From Psammoneis japonica (Eukaryota), in NCBI GenBank assembly GCA_008632985.1, contig QPGO01000030.1, forward strand, positions 433,135 to 497,134: 64,000 nt of DNA. The letters are read 5' to 3'. A program made the translations under genes and the position numbers. This document shows, piece by piece, positions 1-12,479 of the stretch. Each line of letters starts with the position of its first letter. The stretch's first letter is position 1. The notes below the pieces were generated by a model. It searched no databases and had not been told where the DNA came from. It worked only from the letters and a program-made list of their open reading frames with translations.

Positions 1-29
1 CCACGTTCGAAGTAGCTGATGCTACTCAC

Positions 30-129
30 AGTGATAAGAAGATCCCGAGCTAGAGTTCGTTCCTCCGGGAGTGTTGTAGTGGTTTCCCTGGCTGTTGGTA
101 CCAGAACTGGAGTTGTTTCCACGAGGCAT
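30..129 (-). CDS. First exon of a small Ser/Asn/Gly/Tyr-rich protein (gene continues beyond window start)
   Basis: Minus-strand ATG at 129 reads MPRGNNSSSGTNSQGNHYNTPGGTNSSSGSSYH, followed by a GTGAGT donor at 29. The GTNSQGNHY..SYHY pattern resembles a family of small uncharacterised eukaryotic proteins (recalled, not searched). Absent from the ORF track. Confidence 0.6.
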
Positions 130-452
130 GTTCAACTGAAGTCTGTCGAGCGTCAACAAAAGTCAACAAAAAGATTTTATGATGGCTGTTGCTTGCTGTT
201 TGCTGTTGCGCCCCTTGCTCTTCACGCCAAGATTGCTTTGGCCTGATTTACGAGGTGTCACGTTGTGAACACATAGCTATTCTACATACGTGTTTCAGTA
301 CAGAGATATATGTAGAAAAAATGGCGCGAAAAATGACGAGCCGGCCACCTCCGCTCCGGAGTCGGAAATTCATTACAACGTACCTGGTATTACTACCGCG
401 CGCGTTTCTGATGCGCATTGCTTTATCGAGAGGCGGCTCATCATCCACGACT

Positions 453-581
453 CAAAGTACGCAAAATGGTAAAGAAAGTACACAAAATGGTAAGAAAGTA
501 CGCAAAATATGGTAACAAAGTACGCAAAATGGTAACAAAGTACACAGAATGGTAACAAAGTACACAAAATGGTAACAAAGT
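453..581. repeat. Minisatellite, ~6 copies of a 20-bp unit (AAAGTACRCAAAATGGTAAC)
   Basis: Directly visible tandem copies with small indels, in a divergent promoter region; TpA is retained. Confidence 0.9.
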
Positions 582-832
582 TCGCACGCGAGCGCATTTC
601 GCGCGTTTAGGGCCCTCTACTCGCTATGAAGGAAAGTCCAAAGTTGCCGCCGACAGACAAAACGACAGTACAGTACAGTAGGCGGAAACCCACAGAGCGA
701 CAACAACAAACGCACGCACGTACTTCGACTTAATTCTAACTGTAAGCTCCAAGCACAATATTATAGCAAGAAGCAAGAGTGAGTGCTGTGCTTACCACTT
801 TCAGAGTTGTCTACGAGGAATGCTTGTGTGAG

Positions 833-2214
833 ATGAGCTCACCAGTCAGATCTAAGCCTCCTCCACCACTTGACGATGAGTCTGTATCAGACCCGCTGGA
901 GTGCCCCCCGCTGAGATGGGGTCTAATCGGTTGCGGAAGGGTGTCTCACGACTTTGCACAAGCTCTGAAACATCTTCCGACTGCGTCGGTTGTTGCGTGT
1001 GCAGCTCGGAGCAAAGCGAGTGCCTGTGCATTCGCAGAAAAACATGGCATTCCAAAACATTGTAAGATCAAAGTGTGAAGGCTCATTTTTACTTCGCATT
1101 CACGACGACTCTCTGACACTTCTTTTTCGAAACGCGGGTCTGAAACGCAGACGGAAGTTACGACGAACTACTAGTTGATCAGAATGTCGACTGCGTCTAC
1201 GTCGGAAACGTCCACTCTTTTCGACGCTCTGTTGGCGAGAAATGTATAAAGGCAAACAAGCATGTGCTTTTAGAGAAGCCGTTTGCTTGCTCCTCCGAAG
1301 ATGCCAAGTACTTGATTTCGCTGGCCAAAGAACGCAACATATTCTTGATGGAGGGCATGTGGACTAGGTTCTTCCCCGCTGTTGAACAAGCAAGGCGATT
1401 AGTTTTGGGCAGCCACGGAGAAAAAGGAATCCTAGGCGAGGTCGTTTCCGTTCACTCGGATTTCAATTTCAATGCAGCAGATTCGGAAGAATACGCTTCG
1501 TCGTTTGTTTATCAGCACAAACTCGGGGGTGGTTCAAGCCTTCTCGTCGCGCCGTACCCCATAGCAGCTTCGACAATGTTCTTTGGGGGCGCAGAGCCAG
1601 AACATGTGAAGGCTGTAGGTCAAGTTGACCAGCTCACGGGGGTAGATTTACAGGCGAATGTTGCCATGTCATTTGCTCCTACTGGTGACGTTTCTCCTGC
1701 AATGGACGAAAGCAACACAGAAGAAAATACCCCAAAGCTTCCTGGGTAAGGATTATCGCCATTCGCCATTTTCCATTGTTTGCGACATCCCGCCAACTCC
1801 TTCTTTGTCTTTTTGTATAGATGTGGAGTCGCTACCTTAAGTTTTGGAATGTTGGGCGAGAGCGCCGAGGAAACAACAGTTATTGGAACAAAAGGCCGTC
1901 TCACGATTCAAACACCAGGGCACTGTCCGACGAAAATACTGGTCAATCTCAAATCGTATGGCAGGGGAGAATCATTAAAACAGCTCGAGTACAACTTCCC
2001 GCTTCCTGCTGATACGGAGGAAATCGCAGCAGCTGGTGGGTTTGTTTACCCCAACAGTGCTGGTTTTGCGTACGAAGCAGCTGCAGTGGCTAGATGCATA
2101 GCAGCTGGAAAGACGGAGCCCCCACAGTTTACGTTACGGGATACAATGATTAATGTTATGATAATCGACGAAATCCGATCGCAGCTGGGGGTGAAGGGCA
2201 TAGCCGAAACATGA
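833..2214 (+). CDS. Gfo/Idh/MocA family oxidoreductase (dihydrodiol dehydrogenase-like), 3 exons: 833-1061, 1151-1745, 1821-2214
   Basis: LRWGLIGCGRVS Rossmann motif, KHVLLEKP and FLMEGMWTRFFP motifs; GT-AG introns 1062-1150 and 1746-1820 join the frames. Confidence 0.88.
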
Positions 2215-2251
2215 GAATTCACCATTCTAACTAGTTTCTAAAATAACGTGG

Positions 2252-4356
2252 CTACCTTCTTTCGGACTTTACCAGCTTGAGAATCTTCTTTACTCCAGAG
2301 GTTACACCCACATTCTTTAAATCATCCTCTGACAACCACCGTACTTCTCGGTTATTTGGAGCTTTCCAACGCATCACGCTGTTTGACTTAGATGAGGATG
2401 TCAGCTCCCCGTATTCAATCCACATAGTGTGACGAACGTGACTGAAAACATGCTCAATCGGAGTGGACCCGACACGTTCTCGAAAGCACCGCAAAAACTT
2501 GACGCTTCATCAGATGACAGCTCATCAAGGAATGAATTTAATGCTTGCTCGCGCACACCAGTCTCGATGACAGGGACAGTAACACCGGTACCATTGCCAC
2601 TAAACTTTTTTTTGGAGCCGTTGCTTTCGCTCGTCCACACACATGCAGAAGGAAATTCCCACTGACTCGCTAGTAAACCTTTCTCTGGTCGTTTCACAAG
2701 AAGCCACCGCTCACACGTTTCTGACGCAAAGGTACTCGATATAGCAGCAACAGCCAACACTTCCTCACGCTTCGCCTTCTTCGGTGGTGATGGAGGAAAG
2801 ACCCGGTGCCCAATAGTTGCTGCTTGGGTGTAGTCATGATTCTCTTCCGCATCTTCGAATGCGTCGGACAAACTTTGGATGACGCTACGTACACCATTCG
2901 CTTCACAGACAAGACAAGTGCACCTTTCGCTACCCGTCTTTTTACGCTTTGATGATACTTCGGTGTGGGGAAATACAAAAGGTGACGCATTCCATTTTGT
3001 TTCTTTCGCGAAACGCGACTCCTAGCTTGGTAGAAAGATAAAAGGATCTCAACGGATCCTTCAAATCGACGCCAGAACCAGATGGCGCACAGAATGTTGC
3101 TCCCAGCTCCATCATTGCTTGGTTGACTTCTCCGGCATGCTCACCACCACCGGCGCTCACGATTTGTTCTGCGAGTTTCCACGCAAAGTCGTCTTTGAAA
3201 GAAGGCGCCTTGATGTGATTGGCTATTCCACGTAGGCGAGACAGGACTCGGCACACATTCCCGTCGACTACTGGGACACAAACATCAAAGGCAATAGATG
3301 CAATCGCTGATGCCGTGTAGCGTCCAATACCATCGATTTTGAGTAATTCGGTAACAGTCTGCGGAACTTCACCGTTGTATTCCTCTACGACGCGCTTTGC
3401 TCCTTTGTGCAATAGACGAGCGCGGCGATAAAACCCAAGTCCAGCCCAGTGTGCATTCACTGTTTCGAAAGTCAAGACGGGAGCGGCGATCAGGCAACGG
3501 CGTACATTTTTAGCGTACCTTGACGAAAAACGACACCACTTTTCACTCACCATCTTCGTCAGAAGCAGAAGCTAGCTCAAATACAGTTGGGAATCTCTTC
3601 ATCCCTGTACAACATGTTGTGTGAGAAGCACGGCAAAGTGAGTTCAAAAAAGACAGATAGAGAGAGGACTAGAAGAAATGTGCACGTGCAGTCTTACATT
3701 TGATGTAATATGGAATGACAGCCTCGACTCGAGTTTGCTGCAACATGATTTCGCTCACCCACACACCATACGCTGAAACATCAAGAGCATCGTCACCTGT
3801 CGTAGCTGAAACTAGCGCGGCGTCCTTTCTAGAGCTTTCTTTCGTTGGATTGAAGAAACTATCGATATTTGACTGATTTTTTCCATTGACTGTGTTCTAA
3901 GATTGAATGGATGGCGTAATCAGCTCCCGAACTCGTACAAAAATCATTTCCATATGGCAACGGCTAGTAACTTACCTTTTTGGTTGATTTACCATTCTTT
4001 GTTGCAGTGCCAGCTGTGCTGCCGTCAAAGGGTGGGGCGTCACCTCTCCAGGGAAGCTTTCGGCGATTAGCTCGGTACCAGGTCAGAAGTTCTTGTCGAA
4101 TCGCTTGGGCTTCTTCTGGCCGAAAGTCGTGAAAGGATTCATGATTGTGCGACACCCATTCCGACAGAAGAGCTTCGCTGTCGAGTTCATCTTCTGATGA
4201 CGATTCATCGGCCGAGAAATCCGCCTTCCGTTTTGCGCCCTTCCTCATTGAAAACAATCTCGAGCTCTTCAAATTATACGACAAACCAAAGCCAGCAGCA
4301 CGCAAAGAGGGTCGCCAAAGTAGAAGCGCAGAAATAATGGCGGACGTGCACAGCAT
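2252..4356 (-). CDS. MUTYH: A/G-specific adenine DNA glycosylase (MutY homologue), multi-exon, with two apparent frameshifts
   Basis: WYRANRRKLPWR, VWVSEIMLQQTRV, WAGLGFYRRAR, HhH GIGRYTASAIASIAF, VDGNVCRVLSR, NQAMMELGAT, LLVKRPEKGLLASQWEFP and HVFSH motifs. Introns ~3897-3975, 3605-3697, 3460-3550. Frame changes near 2950-3020 and ~2495. Confidence 0.92.
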
Positions 4357-4927
4357 GCGATGGCGCAATCGCGGAAAACAATGTTGTATGTCGGGATTTC
4401 GAGTCGTACCGGTAGCTAATGCCAATTCAACGGACCGAAAAACAAGATACGATATCTGAAATCACAACTCTACAGTATGCTATGGACAACCCACAACAAA
4501 GCGAATACAGTAGCGAAACGCAGTACATGCAGCTTTCCGTCCCAGCTCCATGCTTCCACGTGTAAAAATTGAACCCCTGTTTTTAACCAAATAACCACCT
4601 CGGTCGACTAACAGTAAACAGATACGAAGTTCATGACACTTTTTGGGGCCTAGAATGGGGGTGAACGTTAGTTACTAACCAATCACTGAAAATCGTCCCT
4701 CGTACTTTCACGTGTAATAAAGGCGCTCTGCAAAAAGTTAGTTCCATTTTCAAATACCCGACACCATGAACAATACATACCAATTACATTCTCGAAAGAC
4801 ATTGTTTTAAAGGGTAGGAGACCGATAATGCTCATATCTTGCGTATTTTGTTGCTCTAGACTCTAGCGGGGAAGTCTAACTATTTTTTGGATCAACGATT
4901 CGAATCGAATGGGTCCAATTTCATTCC

Positions 4928-5008
4928 CGAGTCGTGACTCGTTCAATCGAATGAGTCAACAGCCACTCAAGACTCGTGACTCGAAGTCACGAGCACGAGC
5001 GCTCGTGC
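4928..5008. repeat. Cluster of short palindromes/hairpins
   Basis: CGAGTC-gt-GACTCG (4928-4941), CTCGTGACT-cga-AGTCACGAG (4973-4993), perfect GCACGAGCGCTCGTGC (4993-5008). Confidence 0.75.
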
Positions 5009-5349
5009 CATTGCGACGACGACAACTCTCTATGTGTGAAGCAGGGACTGCCAGTTAGACTAGCTAGCTAGTGGCTAGAGAGTAGAGGCTACTGCTGTTG
5101 TTTCTATTGCGACTACTACTACTTTTGTTGCTATTGTGACTGCTGCTGCCACTGTTGTAATTGCGCGAGCGCTCATGGGCCATCGCATCCATGATGGCAA
5201 GCTCATTTTGTCGCCGCGCCACATTGATGACTGCTCATTGCAGCTTTTCACAGGCCACACTTTACAAAACAAGAGCCACACACTTTATAAAGAAACTGTG
5301 TGTGTTTTTCTGGTTGACCACAGATCGTAGCATCAACACAATGCTGGTC

Positions 5350-8300
5350 AATTTCGGTTGAGCCAGAGTTGTCGAACAAGCTGCTCATCGCTTCCTTCTG
5401 CTTGGCTGCCCCCGACTCCGACTTTTCATTTTTGAGTCCCGCTGCGGCTGCCAGATTTATCTTGTCTACGGCTCCTTCAGTTTTTAGCCAATTCTTTGTC
5501 AAATCTTTCATGCCACTCTTGGTGAGTTTCCCACTTGAACCTGGTTGGGAAACACAGCCTTGCACACTCGCAGCAAATCGTCTGAATCTTGATTGGCCCA
5601 AAACGTCTGTGTTGCAAGCTCCTTACGACGTGCATTCTGTTCTGCTGATCAAAATCTACCCACTCTTTGTCATTGTCAACCGTCTCCTCTTCTGCGTCAG
5701 CTTTGAAATCGTCCGCGGTCTTGCTGTCCTTCCTTTCGTCGCGAGGCCTTCTCCAAAAGCTTTTTGTTCACGGCTTCTGCCAGAGCCTTCTCCTTTGCCT
5801 TTGTGCTCTCCTTGTTCAGCTTTGTAAGATTGATTGCATCCAGCTGTTCCTTTGTCAAATCTGCGGCCAGCACATCTTCATGGCAGCGATCCATCGAATC
5901 CATCAATTGTTTCCCTGCCATTTTCTGCTCAGCCTCACTCTTCTCGTGTCAAACCCACCCACAGGACGCTTTTCATGCTGTTCTTCAACATTCTTCTTCC
6001 GTTTGGATTGGTTGTCATGCTCTGTGTCCATGATGTGTCTCTGGCATTGATCAATGCTCTCAAATGCTGAAGTGGCTGTCTTGGTCCCAAGACAGTCACG
6101 CAGTGTCCCATGCACCTGCTCAGCAATTCAACCAGTGGATGGCAGCAAACCAAATGCAGAACGGAGAGTTGTAAAAGTTGCAGGGTGAGCCTTCTTGAAG
6201 TCAAGCAGACCACGACTGGAAGGATCCTCTGCACGCCATCTGCTTGATTTCTGAAAAAGCTTCCAACTTGGACAACCCAAGCTGCTGGAAGAAATGCAAG
6301 ACCCCTTCCTTCTCTGCCTCCAACAACTTTGAACAATCCTTTTCCAAGGGCTCATGCTGAGGCAGCTCCGAATCCTGACAAGGAGCTGCAAGCTGTTGGA
6401 GTGTTGGTGAAGTGCACGCAACAATGCCCTGGCAAAGCACGGGCCATGCTCGCCAAGAACAAGCACCAGAAACATGCCAGACCCGCTGAAATGGTGCCGC
6501 GTCATTTTTAGCAATTCCTTGCATCCAGCTTCAACTCCAGTCAGGACCTGCACCCATTTCATTTCTCGAACAGCACTGTCCTCCAATTCTGAGATCAACT
6601 TCACAGTTTTGGGGAACACATTCTTGGGCTTGGCCCATGCTTTTTTCCGAGATGGCAGCTCAAATTTGAAGAAGAAACCGTGTGCCTCCATCATCTGAAA
6701 TCCTGGAATGACTGGTTCAAAAAAATTGGAGCACAACTTGGATGGTCGGCATGCACATCAATTTGGTACAGTGCTCCAGCACCTGCCCTGGACATGACTT
6801 GCCCAAACGCTTGGCCATTTCTTGGCAGAAAATGAGAAAGAAACTCTCGCAACCACAGTCCGTTTTGCACAACAAAAGCAGGTGCTTGCAAACACGTTGG
6901 TTCATGCACCAACGCTGTTGTCATTCCCACACCGGTTTGGGGAGCAACAAAGGGATGTCATGACATTCACAGATTTCTTCCACCGCTGGATCTGCCAATG
7001 ACTTGTGCCCTTTCAGTCCATCACAGAAAGACTGGATTGACCATCAATGGTGGTGATTTTCTTGATGATTGGTTTGGTCAGCATCGCCAAAGGCTGCTGC
7101 AACAGACGCCCACATCACCACAAGATTGGCAACATGAAAAGGATTGCCCCAAACAATCACCCACCGGATGACACCATTGACCCGCCGCTTCAGTTCTGGA
7201 AGCAGAAGCACTGCCTCATTGAAAGTCTTGCAACTCATTTCAAAAGCATTGGGGGCATTGTCTGAACAACCTCCACCACAATGTTCAAAGGCTCCCTCGG
7301 TCCCAAGGCTCTCTTTCAAGGCAGCAATGTTGAGGTCAGAATTTCCGTTGCCATCTGCCAAAACAGCTGCGGAGGTGGCAGCCAGGTTGAACTTTGGCGA
7401 GCCTTCTTCCAACATTCCAGCACAGAGAAGCACACGATGCTTTGTTCCTCCATGATGTTTGGAGTCATCATTGCAAGTGCAACTCAGCACATTGTTTCCA
7501 TGCTCATCCTTCACCATCGTGTTCTTCTTGAAATTGCTCTGGAGATGATGAGTGTCAATCATGTCCAGTCATTTCAGACAGTCTCGAGAAGCAGACTCCG
7601 ACACAAACTCTTCTTCTGCAAGCGGTCTTCCAAGAAAGCAAGGTGCAAGCAAATTCAAGAGCCCATTCATTCTGGATGAAGGCACCTTGTGGCAAATGTG
7701 AACATGACAAAGAACATGCGCCACTGAATCTTTGATGCTCCACACTTTGTTTTTCAATCTTGTGAAGTTTCTCGAAAGCAAACTCTTGGCAGCTTCAAAT
7801 TGTTTGCCGCATTTGTCAAACTGAGCTTGCGCAAAACAGTCAATCAGCAGCTCCTCTTCTTTGGCTTGAACCATTGCTGGCACTGAACGAGCTCGTCTTG
7901 GACTGGTTGCAAGTTTGTCCTTGACGCATTGAGTTTGAAAACACTCGTCATTGTTGCCAACTCGATGGTTTCCGTTGATGGCTGAATGTCCCTTCTCCTG
8001 CACTCTCTCTTCATCACATTTTCTGCATCATTGCTGTCACTGTCAAATGAAAGCAGCACAAGCTCCAATTCTGCAACGCTTGGACATTGCTTGCTCCAGT
8101 TCTTGCAATGCCTTCACTCGCCATGGATCCTCAATCTTTTGCTTCTTGCACGGCGATGGAGTTGCAGTGCCCCCCTCCTCTCCCTCCTTGCCTTCACAAG
8201 CAAGCTTGCTGGGCCCAAATTGCCAACAATGGCGCAAGGTGCATCTGAACTTGGTGGTGCTGTCAAGTTGGATTGCCGCAGAATGGTGCGCACCTTGCTT

Positions 8301-8900
8301 GAAACAGAATCAAGATCAAAAGGCTCATCAAAATGCTCTGCAAAGCTGTTGCAATCTCTGGAAGATCTTTCTCCAAATGCTGAGTTGCTTCTCCAGTCAT
8401 GGGCCTTCTGCCCAAGCCTTCCAGCCAGCCCCGCGTCCAGCTTTAATTGTCACGTCCTTCACTCACATGCCATGAAGTTGGTCACAGATGTTGTTTTGTG
8501 TTTTCATTTCAATGCAACTCTCTCCAAATTGAAAAAACTTTGCTGATTGCATCACAGTCGCTCCGTTGGAAGTCTCAAAAAAGGTTCCCTGGTGCAAAAC
8601 ATCTGCTCTGCACAGGAGAACCCTGGTGCAGTGTCTGTTGCTTGGGTGATGATGGCCCAGAGCTGGTCTTCAGCCGTCTCATCCTTGGTTGCTGCCAGAC
8701 CAATCTCCTTGGCCAAAACTTTCTCATGCCACCACCATTTTGCATTTGCATTTTCAGCCTTTTTGTTGCCACTGGCTTTGATGCAGCAGGTGCCGGAAAT
8801 CCAGCTGGTGGTGGGCGTGTGAAGAGTTGGCATGGGTCATGGCATCATGACAAAGCAAAACAGCATGTTTCAACATTTCTTGCCAAAACATGCCTCTCCG
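5350..8900 (-). pseudogene. Degenerate DDE transposase, hAT-superfamily-like
   Basis: Ordered motifs across broken frames: CNDDSKH (D1), GCSDNAPNA (D2), WGNPFHVANL (CxxH-like), QQRW, FGLLPSTG*IAEQVH (E). Multiple stops and frameshifts; boundaries approximate. Confidence 0.55.
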
Positions 8901-9334
8901 AATGGATGATTGCAACCGTGTGTCAATGAGGGTCAACAGAGCTTCTGCGGCAATGGCCCAAAAATTGATGAATGTTTGGATGCCTTGTCTGCCGCGTCAA
9001 TGTCATCATCAGCTCTGGCAGTTTTTTGACAAGTTCTCTGTGTTGTCACCGTGGTGATGGTCTGTGCGCTCATCCAGAGTGTGCCTGCCATGCCAGTTTG
9101 AAGTTGCTTGAGGCCTGGGTCTCACAGCAGCGTGGCGACGTGAGAACCGCAAAAATTCCAAAATCGCGCAACTGCTGTCCAAGAAATTCTGGGAGAGCCG
9201 CCTCAAATCTGTTGAAACTCGAATGTTTGATGCATTTTCTTTTAATTGATGCACCTGCAAATGACAAAATTTTCACATTGTGCACATTGTTTGCATGCAA
9301 AAAATCTTGTTCATCCATTTTTTTCATTGGATGC

Positions 9335-9960
9335 AGTTTCAACAAAAACTGTTGAAAGTTCAAGTTTCAACAAAAAAACTGTTGATCAACAACTTGACAA
9401 AAGTTTCAACAGATTTTTTGTTGAAACTTTGTGTTTCAACAAAAAAAGCTGAAACTTTGTGCTCAACAGTCGCTGTTGAAACCATCTGACATCACAACTT
9501 AAAAATTCTGATGTCATCCTTTAAACACCTGAAACTTCATGATGTCAACAACAGCTCAGATGAATGTCTGTGCAAAGTGAAGAAAATGTCATCGTGGGAA
9601 ATGACGATGCGGTTTGCATTGGCTCGGCATGGTGAGAGCTGTGGCAGAAGCTGAGAGCAAAAGTGAGAACAAACTCTGAAGCTGCAAAAAACTTTGCTTG
9701 CCTCTCCAGGATGTTTGGCACGGCATCAAGAAACACCGCCCTTGCTTCCAGGTGGGGGGTTTTGTCCACAGCACTCTCTGGCTGCTGCCGGCAGAGGAGG
9801 TGAAACAGTTTCAACAGTTTTTTTTTCTTTTTTTGAAAGTTTTATGTTGAAACTTGAAGTTTCAACAAATCGACAAAAGTTTCAACAGATTTTTTGTTGA
9901 AGCCTCAAGTTTCGACAGATTTTTTGTTGAAACCTCAAGTTTCAACAGTTTTTTGACATC
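9335..9960. repeat. Two inverted blocks of short TGTTGAAAC/GTTTCAACA repeats (transposon subterminal-like)
   Basis: Dense copies at ~9335-9485 and ~9800-9960; rare TTCGACA variants suggest a CpG-containing ancestor. Confidence 0.7.
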
Positions 9961-10469
9961 CTTTGAGTTTTTTAATGTCAGATGATCATGCCCGCATGGA
10001 TGTTTAACATGGCAGGCAATGAGTGGTTTCTCAACAGATGTGCAATGGTCACTCTGCAACTAAAAATGTCCGCTGCACCCAAAATTGCTGCACGTGATCT
10101 GGTGTCTGCAACAGCTCTGGCAACAAGCACCAAAGCAGCTTGCAATGGTGTGTGTGCCTCCAACTGCCAGATGTCGGGCTTTGTGGATGCTTGGCCCAAA
10201 CATTGGCTTGACCATGGCCAGCCAATTTCATGATCGGTGGGCAGAGTGAGTGAGATGCTTGTCAACTGAGTCAAACAACTGAGCTCGATTGCGGGCCAAG
10301 CAATTGTCAGCCTTGGAGCAGATGGCTCGGACCTCTGCCTCAGCATCTGTGCATTGCAAGCAATGGGAATCATTGCGGCTCTCAGAGTCATCATGCAGAA
10401 ATTGTGTGGAAGAGCACCAGAAACAATCATTTTCAGTCTGTGCTCGAATGTCAACTTCTCGGGGGAAAT

Positions 10470-10550
10470 CAATTGAAATGTCATCTGACCAAAGGCATTG
10501 CTCTTCACCATGCAAATCAAAACACCTTTGGTCAGATGACATTTCAATTG
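10470..10550. repeat. Perfect 26-bp inverted repeat with 29-bp spacer (foldback/MITE-like)
   Basis: CAATTGAAATGTCATCTGACCAAAGG (10470-10495) and its exact reverse complement (10525-10550). Confidence 0.85.
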
Positions 10551-12479
10551 AGCTCCCAAAAAGTTGCCAGCTTCAATCACCCTCTCGCATGACATTGTGT
10601 GCATTTCTGCACGATTTGGCATTTTTTCTTGTGCAAAATGCCAATTGTGACTCTTGCAACATTTTTGAATGATTCCCACTGACTTCCTTGTTTTAGAATT
10701 GTGCCCATGCACTGCGCCATTGTGGCCATCCCAAAGTTCCCACCATTGAGACCACACACAACAACTGCCAATTGCAGCGGCCCAGTCTGATTGCTGGTCT
10801 CTGTCTGACACAGAGTGATGCAAGCCAGAAGATGTCTTGTTGGGGGCGGTCAAGAAAGTCTCTTGTGGGGTGCACAAAGACAATGGGGAGAAAGGATGCA
10901 TGAGAAAATGGATGCACACAGGAGGTGAAAGAAAAGGGGGGGTGCGTGCCGTCATGCAAACAGGTGCCATCTTTGCGGGTCCTCCTGATTTTGTGCTTGG
11001 CTTTGGATTGATGCTCTTGTTTGTTGTCATCATCTGGGCAGCCAGCCTTCTGACCACACATTCTGCAATGAAGTGTTGTGAGCTGCTTGCCATGCCTGGC
11101 TTGTGTGCCAGGTTGCTCCTTGGGACAGCACTTCCCAAATTCATGATTCAACATGCAATTGATTTTTTCTTTGCACGCCTCCCAACGGGCAAGGGAATCA
11201 CCTGCCATCATCACAGAGTTCTTTGTGTTGCCAATTTTGTCCTGTGTGAAAAAGCCCTTGATCTCGTCCTCCTGGGATCCCGGGTCATTGGAATTGCACA
11301 CGACAAGAAAGCTGTTGATGAACATGCGCCACTCCTTTTGGGCATTGACACGGCAAAAAATCTGCATGAACCAAAAGTCGATGTCCTTTGGTTTGCACTG
11401 GATGCAACGCACGACAATTTTGGTGACAAAATGAAGGTCATGTGCATGGTCATCAATCAGCTCTTTTAGACTCTTGCACCATAAAAAAAAACAGGCTCGC
11501 CAGAGACTGGATCATTTGGGTTGTTGTGGGTGATGATCGTGTGAACAAATTTTGCTGTGAACAAATTTTGCCATCGCTTGGATGTTGCGGTGAAGTTGTG
11601 TGCAGTGCTCCTCTTCTTTGACTGTCTCTCTGGGTGATTTGGAGAAATGGAGAGCTTCCTCCAAATTTTGACAACAAAGAACATGTTCACCTTTCAGCGT
11701 GCAAGATTTCTTCAGGGACCAACCACAAGTCATGATGTGAGACCAAATGTCAGGGCATCCAAGAGTTTTCTTGACAATGTTGTTGGTGCGGATGACTTCT
11801 GCAACACATGGAATGCAGCGCAACTTTGGCTTGTGGCAAAGGAAGGGAAGAGCAAAGAATTCTGGAGAGGGAGTCCAGCTTGTTGTCTCCAAAAAGTGCT
11901 TTTTGGATGCACATGTTGATGTCATGCTTTTGAGCTTGGGACCAAACAACTCCATTCCAAAACTGTTGGCAAAACATTTTGTGTCATCAAAATCAACTGC
12001 GTTGGGAAATTGGAAGGAAGGGTTGGGGTTGACCTTGTCATGGGACAGGGTAAAGTCATTGACTGCCATGGCAAGAAGTCAGTTGTGATTCACGTAGAAT
12101 GTGTGTGAATCACAGCGCATGGTCAAATGCAGTTTGGGGAGAGGATGTGCTGTCATGAAATGCATGAAAAATTGTTGTGCATGTGGAGTGTGTGTTTGGA
12201 ACCGGGTGGAGAGCCGTGCATGGGTGGAGCTGTTGAAAACAACTGTCAAAGACAACATTTCAAAACAAAGGCAATGTTGTCATCAAATTGCAGCGCATTG
12301 AAATGAAGAAAAGGATGCACACAAATTGATTGCCAAAAATGAATCAAAACAAACAGGTGACAAGCATCCACACAAAAGGCATCTGACAAAGGCACTGTGT
12401 TGTTCACTTTTGCATGCAAAAATCCAAATTAATGGAGGAACATGCATGACATCAATTTGCATGAATCAGACAAAGAGAA

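Noticed and set aside
453..581. Telomeric repeat
   Set aside because: The 20-bp unit is unlike TTAGGG-type repeats and sits internally between two genes.
2252..4356. MUTYH as the cause of the adjacent adenine hypermutation
   Set aside because: Adjacency is probably coincidental: island 2 has no such neighbour, and MutY loss gives G:C>T:A transversions, not TpA transitions.
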